Positions 54,701-61,332 of a stretch of 61,332 bases of DNA are shown piece by piece. The position numbers and the translations under genes were made by a program. The DNA is taken from positions 22,815 through 84,146 of the forward strand of contig DAOROE010000001.1 of NCBI GenBank assembly GCA_035441345.1, in the 5' to 3' direction. This stretch comes from Candidatus Nanopelagicaceae bacterium (lineage in GTDB: Bacteria > Actinomycetota > Actinomycetes > Nanopelagicales > Nanopelagicaceae). The notes below the pieces were generated by a model. It was not told the origin of the DNA and made no database searches. It saw only the letters and a list, made by a program, of their open reading frames with translations. How positions within the stretch are numbered: position 1 is the first letter of the stretch; every line of letters begins with the position of its first letter.

Positions 54701-55113
54701 CTCGTCGTATTAGTTTGCCTGGAGCTGATGAACTTTTTCGTAAAACAACACTCAGCGCCGTTCCAGATCAAGTTGTAGAAGAAGTTGAGGTTGCTCATAC
54801 AAATCGTCCAACAACTCAATCTGTTGCGAAAGCTGCGCCGAAAAGTACCGGCGTTCGTCAAACTCCCCGTCGTCGCCCTACTGGTTTAGATAAAGGTCCA
54901 TCTGGTCGTGAAAAGCATGATGAGAAGATAACGGTTTATCTCTCACCTGAAGAGCTCTTTGATTTAGAGCAAGCGCGACTTCATCTGCGTGGCGATTTAG
55001 GTTTAGCTGTAGATCGCGGTCGCATTGTTCGCGAAGCTCTTGCGATTGTTATCGCTGATCTAGAGTCAAAAGGTGATCAATCAATCATTGCTCGACGTCT
55101 TCGCGGACGTTAA
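54697..55113 (+). CDS. small basic protein with predicted C-terminal ribbon-helix-helix fold (possible ParA partner)
   Basis: ATGA-coupled to parA. Disordered Arg/Pro/Lys-rich N-terminal half. The C-terminal KITVYLSPEELFDLEQARLHLR...DRGRIVREALAIVIADL fits a beta-alpha-alpha pattern. Confidence 0.6.
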   Translation: MTRRISLPGADELFRKTTLSAVPDQVVEEVEVAHTNRPTTQSVAKAAPKSTGVRQTPRRRPTGLDKGPSGREKHDEKITVYLSPEELFDLEQARLHLRGDLGLAVDRGRIVREALAIVIADLESKGDQSIIARRLRGR

Positions 55114-56013
55114 TTAACGCGAGCGCGGATGTGCGCTTGCATAACTCTCCCGAAGTTTATCGATTGTCACTAAAGTGTAGATCTGGGTTGTCGTAACAGA
55201 AGCGTGTCCCAATAACTCCTGCACTACGCGAATATCTGCTCCCCCATCAATCAAATGCGTGGCAAATGAGTGACGAAGAGCGTGCGGAGAGATAACTTTC
55301 TCTAAGCCCGCCCGTGTCGCAGCTTGAGAAACAATGCTCCAAGCGCTCTGACGACTGAGACGATTCCCTTGTTTCTCGCTTAAGAAGAGCGCTTCCTCGC
55401 GATGATTTTTGATAAATGCGGGTCGGGCTCGAGTCAGATATTGATCCAGTGCTTGTTGAGCAAAACGACCAAGGGGAACAAGCCTTTCTTTTCCACCTTT
55501 TCCTCGCACACGCACCGTCGTTGTTTCACCCTCACTTCGTGAAATATCGCCAACGTTGAGTTGCACTATCTCACTCACTCGCCCTCCAGTGGCATACAGA
55601 GTTTCAAGCAATGCACGATCGCGTAGACCACTGAGATCATCACTACAAGAAGCAATCAGTGATTCCACTTCAGTTATGGAGAGCGCTTTTGGAAGACGCT
55701 TTGGGATGCGGGGTGGATTTACCTCCTTCGCAATATTTGTTATTCCTTGATCTTTAGCGAGAAAGGCGAAGAGGCTGCGAATCGCGACAGCATGACGCGC
55801 GATACTCGACTCCCCTAAACCAGATATTCGAAGACCTTGTAGAAATTCGGTGATATCTGCGCTCTGCGCGGTAGTAACGTCTTGGTTCTTTCCAATAAGA
55901 AATTCATGAAATTTATTCAAATCACGACGATACGCTGCAATCGTGTTCTTACTTAAACCTCTTTCGACCGCGCAATGATTGAGAAAGATTTCAATCAGCG
56001 CTGAGTTAGCCAC
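55114..56013 (-). CDS. xerD: site-specific tyrosine recombinase XerD
   Basis: [17 protein letters not shown]-terminal motif and the catalytic R...[11 protein letters not shown]...[12 protein letters not shown] tail. Confidence 0.9.
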   Translation of the reverse strand: MANSALIEIFLNHCAVERGLSKNTIAAYRRDLNKFHEFLIGKNQDVTTAQSADITEFLQGLRISGLGESSIARHAVAIRSLFAFLAKDQGITNIAKEVNPPRIPKRLPKALSITEVESLIASCSDDLSGLRDRALLETLYATGGRVSEIVQLNVGDISRSEGETTTVRVRGKGGKERLVPLGRFAQQALDQYLTRARPAFIKNHREEALFLSEKQGNRLSRQSAWSIVSQAATRAGLEKVISPHALRHSFATHLIDGGADIRVVQELLGHASVTTTQIYTLVTIDKLRESYASAHPRSR

Positions 56014-57637
56014 GTTCTAACGCGGCCTTGATGAGGCCACTAAAGAGCGGATGAGGTTTGGTGGGACGAGAACGAAATTCAGGATGCGCTTGAGTGCCTA
56101 CGTAATATGGATGTACTTCTCGAGGTAACTCTACAAATTCAACAAGATGCTGATCTGGCGATAACCCGCTAAAAACAAGTCCTGCCTTAGAAATTTGTTC
56201 ACGATAATTATTGTTGACTTCATAACGATGGCGATGACGCTCTGAAATCTCATTGGCACCATAAGTCTCGGCGACAATAGAGCCAGGTTGAAGCGCGGCC
56301 TTGTAGAGACCGAGGCGCATTGTTCCACCCATATCCGCTTCACCCGCGACAATCTTTTCCTGTCCCGCCATCGTTGCGATGACTGGGGCATCAGTCGTGG
56401 GATCAAATTCCGCCGAATTTGCAGTTGATAATCCAGCTTTATTTCTCGCAATCTCAATCACCATACATTGCAGACCAAGACAGAGCCCGAGGGTTGGAAT
56501 CTTTTTCTCTCGGGCGTATTTCAACGCTCCTAATTTCCCTTCAATGCCACGGACACCGAACCCACCAGGAACGCAGATCGCATCTACATTACTGAGGTTC
56601 TTTTCCGCTCCCGCATCGCTTTCGCAATCATCACTCACGATCCATTTAATTTCTACCTTTGCGTTATTCGCAAAACCTCCAGCACGAAGCGCTTCCGTTA
56701 CCGAGAGATACGCATCAGGTAAGTCAACGTATTTCCCAACCAGTCCAACTCGAACAGTATGTGCAGGTTTGTGAACTCGCTCTAACAACGCATCCCATTC
56801 CTGCCACGAAACTTCATTGGCATTTAGTCCAAGGCGACGAACAATGTAGGAGTCAAGACCTTCACTGTGGAGCACTTTTGGAATGTCGTAAATGGATGGT
56901 GCATCAACGGCCGCGACGACGGCCTCTTGGTCAACATCGCACATCAATGAAATCTTCTTTTTTACTGAGAGCGGGATCTCTCGATCGGAGCGAAGGACAA
57001 TGGCATCTGGTGAAATACCGATAGAACGAAGAGCTTGAACTGAATGTTGTGTGGGCTTAGTTTTTAGCTCCCCAGATGGACCGATATACGGAACAAGAGA
57101 TACGTGGAGATAGAAGACATTTTCTCGACCAACTTCTTGGCGAATTTGGCGTGCAGCTTCGATAAATGGAAGTGATTCGATATCGCCAACAGTTCCGCCA
57201 ATCTCTGTTATGACAACATCAATATCAGCAGCTGCCATAGCACGGATGCGATCCTTGATTTCATTTGTAATATGTGGAATCACTTGGACGGTATCGCCCA
57301 AATACTCGCCTCTCCGTTCTCGCGCGATGACTCGCGAATAAACCTGACCTGTGGTGACATTTGCGGAACCGTGAAGGTTGGTATCGAGGAATCTCTCGTA
57401 ATGGCCGATATCTAAATCTGTCTCCGCCCCATCATCGGTTACGAAAACTTCTCCATGTTGGAAAGGGTTCATCGTGCCGGGATCAACGTTGATATATGGA
57501 TCGAGCTTCTGCATTGTCACTCGTAGGCCACGAGCGCGCAGCAATCTTCCTAAACTTGAAGCAGTAAGGCCTTTGCCGAGACTTGAGGCGACTCCGCCGG
57601 TAACGAACAGATGCTTCGTCACATGAGGGGCGGTCAT
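56006..57637 (-). CDS. pyrG: CTP synthase
   Basis: [17 protein letters not shown] motif and the glutamine amidotransferase domain GLCLGLQ. Start ATG 57637 is preferred. GTG 57655 (GTGA overlap with recN) is the alternative. Confidence 0.92.
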   Translation of the reverse strand: MTAPHVTKHLFVTGGVASSLGKGLTASSLGRLLRARGLRVTMQKLDPYINVDPGTMNPFQHGEVFVTDDGAETDLDIGHYERFLDTNLHGSANVTTGQVYSRVIARERRGEYLGDTVQVIPHITNEIKDRIRAMAAADIDVVITEIGGTVGDIESLPFIEAARQIRQEVGRENVFYLHVSLVPYIGPSGELKTKPTQHSVQALRSIGISPDAIVLRSDREIPLSVKKKISLMCDVDQEAVVAAVDAPSIYDIPKVLHSEGLDSYIVRRLGLNANEVSWQEWDALLERVHKPAHTVRVGLVGKYVDLPDAYLSVTEALRAGGFANNAKVEIKWIVSDDCESDAGAEKNLSNVDAICVPGGFGVRGIEGKLGALKYAREKKIPTLGLCLGLQCMVIEIARNKAGLSTANSAEFDPTTDAPVIATMAGQEKIVAGEADMGGTMRLGLYKAALQPGSIVAETYGANEISERHRHRYEVNNNYREQISKAGLVFSGLSPDQHLVEFVELPREVHPYYVGTQAHPEFRSRPTKPHPLFSGLIKAALERG

Positions 57638-57651
57638 GGAAGGCGAACTTA

Positions 57652-59415
57652 TCACGCCTTCTCGGTGATGCGTAAATCGAGGAGCTCGCGAGCGTGTTCT
57701 TGGGCGTGTTCAGAATCTTCGACTCCAGAGAGCATACGAGCAATCTCGACTTCTCGGTCATGATCTGAAATACGCCGTATTGAACTCTCAGTTACAGCCC
57801 CACTCGTATCTTTCTCGACAACAATGTGGTTATCCGCCCATAGTGCAACCTGCGCGAGATGAGTGACAACAATTACTTGCGAACTCTGTGCGAGTTTGCG
57901 AAGTCTTCTTCCCACTTCAAGTGCCGCTTTACCGCCGACTCCTGCATCAACTTCATCGAAAACATATGTTCCTAGCGGATACCGCTCTGCAATCACAACT
58001 TCCAGCGCCAACATCAAACGAGAAAGTTCTCCACCACTTGCTGCCTTTGAAATCGGAAGTAGCTCTCCTCCACCATGGCTTGTGAAAAGCATTGCAACTT
58101 CATCAAGGCCATGACTTTGAAAATCTCCATCGTTCTCGCCACTTCGACTTTCCACTTTCACATCAAAAATTGCTTTCGGCATTGCAAGAAGATGCAATTC
58201 CGCCGTGACAGATTTGCTAAGACTCGACGCTGCATCAATCCTCAATCGTGTTAAGTCTTTACCCTTTTTCATAAGCTCTCTGCGGCATTGAACTAACTCT
58301 GATTCCAGTTCCGCCACTCGATCATCTCCACCCGTCAGATCGGCGATCCTTTTTTCTGCGGATTTTGCTCGCTCGATTGCTTCAGAAAGTGCCTCGTATT
58401 TATCGCCAGAGGAGCCAAATCGCTTTGTAAAAGAAGTAATGAGCGCTTTGCGCTGTAGCGCATTTTCCAGAGCGCCCGGGTCGGCCGAAAGATTTTCTAT
58501 ATACCGATCGATATCGGAGGCTGCATCAATAAGGGTATACAGAGCCTCAGAAACCTTCTCATTGATGGAATCCAATTGTGGGTCTTTTCCGCGAGCGCCT
58601 TGAAGGAAGCGTTTTGAGTGTTGCAGTGAATTCAATCCGCCACTGTCTTCATCCGATAAGGCTTGCTGAGCGCCAGTCGCAGCAACTCTCAGATCTTCAA
58701 CGCTTTCTAGGCGAGATATCAGCGCATCGAGCTCGTCTAACTCCCCTTCTTTGGGTTTTATCTTTGAGAACTCGGCTGATAGCTCTTTCAATGAGGAGAT
58801 CTCGCGATCGCGATCCTGAAGCGACTTTTTTAACTCGGCAATAGTTCGTTTCAACTCTTGGAAGTGTGCCAATGTCTTCTGATACTCATGGTGCGAATCA
58901 AGAAGAGTTTCACCCGCAGCTGAGTCCAAGAGTTCTCTCTGTTTGTTGGCTTTTGAAAGAACGAGATTGCCATGTTGGCCATGAACTTCGATGAGTTCAC
59001 TGCCAAACTCCCCCAACGTTGCAGCGGTCGTTGTTGCACCGGAAAGTTGAGCTCTACTCTTGCCATCTTTAGTCACCTGACGAGCCAGAAGTATCGAACC
59101 TTCTTCAATAGAAGGATCGTGTTCTTCGCAGAGATTTTTGAGTTTCTCACTGAATTGCCCTGGCAAAGAGAATCGTCCTGAAACCGAAAGTCGCTCATGT
59201 CCAGAACGAATGAGATCAGAGTCAGCTTTATCTCCCAAGATTAACGAGAGGGCCGTGAGCAACATCGTCTTTCCTGCTCCGGTCTCGCCCGTTATAACAT
59301 TGAAACCAGGAGCAAATTCCACGAGCGCGTTATCGATGACACCCAGGCCTCGGATATCAATTTCTTCAAGCAGAGAGCGGTGTACCGCGCTCTTTTTACT
59401 CACCGCGCCAACCAT
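57652..59415 (-). CDS. recN: DNA repair protein RecN
   Basis: [10 protein letters not shown] Walker A, long coiled coil, C-terminal [12 protein letters not shown] and [10 protein letters not shown]. The start is uncertain (ATG 59415 or GTG 59403), and both overlap the nadK end. Confidence 0.9.
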   Translation of the reverse strand: MVGAVSKKSAVHRSLLEEIDIRGLGVIDNALVEFAPGFNVITGETGAGKTMLLTALSLILGDKADSDLIRSGHERLSVSGRFSLPGQFSEKLKNLCEEHDPSIEEGSILLARQVTKDGKSRAQLSGATTTAATLGEFGSELIEVHGQHGNLVLSKANKQRELLDSAAGETLLDSHHEYQKTLAHFQELKRTIAELKKSLQDRDREISSLKELSAEFSKIKPKEGELDELDALISRLESVEDLRVAATGAQQALSDEDSGGLNSLQHSKRFLQGARGKDPQLDSINEKVSEALYTLIDAASDIDRYIENLSADPGALENALQRKALITSFTKRFGSSGDKYEALSEAIERAKSAEKRIADLTGGDDRVAELESELVQCRRELMKKGKDLTRLRIDAASSLSKSVTAELHLLAMPKAIFDVKVESRSGENDGDFQSHGLDEVAMLFTSHGGGELLPISKAASGGELSRLMLALEVVIAERYPLGTYVFDEVDAGVGGKAALEVGRRLRKLAQSSQVIVVTHLAQVALWADNHIVVEKDTSGAVTESSIRRISDHDREVEIARMLSGVEDSEHAQEHARELLDLRITEKA

Positions 59416-60265
59416 CGACAGGTAATTTGAATTTTGCTACAAGACGATCAGTGAAGGGAGCCTCATCAATATGTGCGAGGTGAATGAAGGACTTATCACT
59501 CGTGAGGACAATTCGATCTTTCTCGAGAAGCGCGAATTTACGCAGCCCGTCAGCAGAAAGCGCACCGACATCACTCTCCACATCTATTGCGATTTCAGAA
59601 TCAGGTGAGATAACCATGGGGTCTGAAAAGAGCGCATGTGCAGCCAGCGGAAGTAAAACCAAGGCCTCAACTTCAGGCCAGACAACAGGCCCTCCGGCGC
59701 TAAATGCATAGGCCGTTGACCCAGTAGGTGTAGCGCAGATAACGCCGTCGCAACCCCACCGCGATAATGGTCGGTGATCCACTTGTACAAATAACTCAAT
59801 CATCGCTTCGGTATTTCGTTCGATTGTTACTTCATTAAGCGCCCAACCATGCGCAACAACTTTTCCTTCTCGTTGCACTTGATAGGCAAGAGTCATTCGC
59901 TTCTCTGTGGAGTATTTCTTGGAGCGAATCGCTTCAATGACGGAGGAGGTTGTGGGCTTTCCGATCTGTGCGAGGAAACCGACATGTCCTAAATTGATCC
60001 CTAAAACTGGGATTTTGGTGCCATGAATTTGTTCTGCGCCGCGAAGGATTGTGCCATCTCCTCCAAGAACAAGAGTCAATTCAATCTCTGGAAGTCTTGT
60101 AGCAAGTTCTTCCTTCGAGATGTAATCAACGCCGGCGATTTCCGAATCAACTGTTGAGATGAATGTAATTCCATCTTTAGAGAGCGTTGACACGATCTCA
60201 GCCGCAACTACTCTTGCTTCAGGACGATTTGGGTGAAGCACCAACAAAATTTCGCGCCCACTCAT
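59396..60265 (-). CDS. nadK: NAD kinase
   Basis: LGGDGTILR and NLGHVGFL motifs. Confidence 0.92.
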   Translation of the reverse strand: MSGREILLVLHPNRPEARVVAAEIVSTLSKDGITFISTVDSEIAGVDYISKEELATRLPEIELTLVLGGDGTILRGAEQIHGTKIPVLGINLGHVGFLAQIGKPTTSSVIEAIRSKKYSTEKRMTLAYQVQREGKVVAHGWALNEVTIERNTEAMIELFVQVDHRPLSRWGCDGVICATPTGSTAYAFSAGGPVVWPEVEALVLLPLAAHALFSDPMVISPDSEIAIDVESDVGALSADGLRKFALLEKDRIVLTSDKSFIHLAHIDEAPFTDRLVAKFKLPVDGWRGE

Positions 60266-61053
60266 TATTGAGGTCCTTTCGCAATAGCGTCATCAATCGC
60301 ACTCTCTGCAATCATGGCGGCGCCACGACGTAACCAGAGGAAGTACTCCACGTTGCCGGAAGGTCCGGGAAGTGGACTCGCCACTACGCCTAAGGTACCC
60401 AAACCCAACTCATGTGCGCTCTTTGCAACCTCCAAGATTGCACTTCTGCGCAGTTGTGGATCCCGCACAACACCTCCTGCACCTAACTTCTCGCGCCCCA
60501 CTTCAAATTGAGGTTTCACCATGATGAGGAAGTCCGCGTCCGGCTTTGAGACTGATGTCAACGCCGGAATTACAAGAGTTAAGGAGATGAAAGAGAGGTC
60601 AGCGACCACGAGATCTACGGGATCCCTGATGATCTCTGGCGAGAGGTTCCGCACATTAGTGCGGTCGTAAATCTCGACTCGCGGGTCCTGACGAAGCTCC
60701 CACGCGAGCTGTCCATACCCAACATCAACTGCAATTACTTTGGAGGCACCTCGTTTGAGAAGTACATCAGTGAATCCACCTGTGCTTGCTCCAGCATCCA
60801 AAGCAATTTTTCCAGAAACAGAAATCTCAGAAAGTGCATCAAGAGCACCTGCTAATTTATGGCCACCACGAGAGACATACTCATCACGCGCTTCCGCCAA
60901 GGTAATAGAAGTTTCAGCATCTACTTGAGTGGCTGGCTTTGAAGCTGGAATTCCGCGCACCAATATCGACCGAGACTCAATGAGATCTACCGCATGCTCC
61001 CTCGAGCGCGCCAGTCCTCGTCGGACTAGCTCAGCATCAAGTCGAGTGCGCAT
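60265..61053 (-). CDS. tlyA: TlyA-family rRNA 2'-O-methyltransferase
   Basis: S4 domain (RLDAELVRRGLARSRE) plus an FtsJ-type methyltransferase (LDAGASTGGFTD). TAATG overlap with nadK. Confidence 0.9.
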   Translation of the reverse strand: MRTRLDAELVRRGLARSREHAVDLIESRSILVRGIPASKPATQVDAETSITLAEARDEYVSRGGHKLAGALDALSEISVSGKIALDAGASTGGFTDVLLKRGASKVIAVDVGYGQLAWELRQDPRVEIYDRTNVRNLSPEIIRDPVDLVVADLSFISLTLVIPALTSVSKPDADFLIMVKPQFEVGREKLGAGGVVRDPQLRRSAILEVAKSAHELGLGTLGVVASPLPGPSGNVEYFLWLRRGAAMIAESAIDDAIAKGPQ

Positions 61054-61067
61054 TCACATTGTTAAAG

Positions 61068-61226
61068 CTAGTTTGAAATACCTTCAACGGAGGAGAGCGC
61101 TTGTGTAAGTTCTTTATTCACTTCATCAAATTTGGCGCCATGCTCTTCAAGTGGTGCAAAAGCAATCTCATTTATTTTTTTCTTGATTGCGGAGACCGTA
61201 TCTAGATTGGGATTAATCTCGTTCAT
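61068..61226 (-). CDS. hypothetical 52-aa protein (below the ORF-track size cut-off)
   Basis: Hand-translated as MNEINPNLDTVSAIKKKINEIAFAPLEEHGAKFDEVNKELTQALSSVEGISN. The ATG forms an ATGA overlap with the upstream stop. Occupies the slot of a small conserved ORF upstream of tlyA in mycobacteria (recollection). Confidence 0.5.
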   Translation of the reverse strand: MNEINPNLDTVSAIKKKINEIAFAPLEEHGAKFDEVNKELTQALSSVEGISN

Positions 61227-61332
61227 CGCGCCGCCTTCTTTACTGTCTTCTTGGAACTGCTCTTCTTGGCCGAACTTTTCTTGGCCGAACTTTTCTTGGT
61301 TACAGGTTTCTTTGCTGCGTTCTTTTGTGGGG
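61223..61332 (-). CDS. C-terminal end of a protein with a lysine-rich repeated tail (5' part outside window)
   Basis: Hand-translated as ...PQKNAAKKPVTKKSSAKKSSAKKSSSKKTVKKAAR-stop. Open to the window edge. Confidence 0.5.
   Translation of the reverse strand, partial: PQKNAAKKPVTKKSSAKKSSAKKSSSKKTVKKAAR
61265..61299. repeat. 15-nt direct tandem repeat, 2.3 copies (CTTGGCCGAACTTTT)
   Basis: Encodes the AKKSS repeats of the lysine-rich tail. Confidence 0.85.

Noticed and set aside
55108-55119. Perfect 12-bp palindrome CGTTAATTAACG at the RHH-gene/xerD junction, considered as a recombination or inversion boundary.
   Set aside because: It is fully explained by two convergent Arg-stop endings (CGT TAA / TTA ACG). 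I found no matching sequence at the other end of the inverted parA segment (53720-53790).
1-61332. Scan for CRISPR arrays, IS/transposase or phage genes, integrase-flanked tRNA islands, toxin-antitoxin pairs and known defence genes.
   Set aside because: None were found. Both tRNAs are flanked by housekeeping genes with no direct repeats of their 3' ends, the only recombinase is xerD, and the only tandem repeat (61265-61299) is coding.

Overview
This is a 61.3-kb window of densely packed core chromosome from an actinobacterium. The lineage call rests on markers mihF, mshC, pafBC, garA, a PAC2-family gene and a WYL/MerR/FHA cluster, and on gene order matching well-known Mycobacterium/Streptomyces synteny blocks. 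I count about 70 protein genes and 2 tRNAs. I see no rRNA, CRISPR array, transposase, integrase (other than housekeeping xerD), prophage or recognisable defence/toxin genes.

Content, left to right:
- carB-pyrK-pyrD-pyrF, mihF-gmk-rpoZ-coaBC-metK, priA, def-fmt-rsmB-rpe.
- A mixed-orientation salvage and membrane patch: split serB, an orphan ABC ATPase, ung, a purine permease, two membrane proteins, adh, tdk, apt, tRNA-Leu.
- The mshC/metH/trmI/pafBC/tatAC/helY block, ending at lnt.
- On the opposite strand: gcvP...garA-gcvH-pgsA, tRNA-Pro, a fused cmk-der, tyrA-aroH, rluB-scpB-scpA, an inverted parA plus small RHH gene, then xerD-pyrG-recN-nadK-tlyA.

The genome is extremely compact, with many ATGA/GTGA start-stop overlaps, convergent genes sharing stop codons, and divergent start codons only 21-31 bp apart.

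I do not see a convincing new multi-gene accessory system. The observations most worth a second look are:
1. A strong dif-like 28-mer exactly where gene orientation flips (41.1 kb), which suggests the window spans the replication terminus.
2. The only large intergenic region (275 bp, AT-rich, 51.2-51.5 kb), which carries five TTATCGAYA motifs and a 15-bp inverted repeat.
3. A ParA plus ribbon-helix-helix pair inverted against an otherwise co-directional array.
4. Absence of the pupylation/proteasome genes from their conserved slot, while pafBC and PAC2 are retained.
5. An RDRM-like (PafBC-type) promoter motif upstream of a MerR gene.
6. A tRNA-Pro whose 3' end lies 1 nt from the pgsA start codon.
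7. A very regular TANNNT-N6-8-start-codon pattern that implies leaderless mRNAs.

All functional calls come from reading the translated ORFs and from remembered family motifs. No database search was run.
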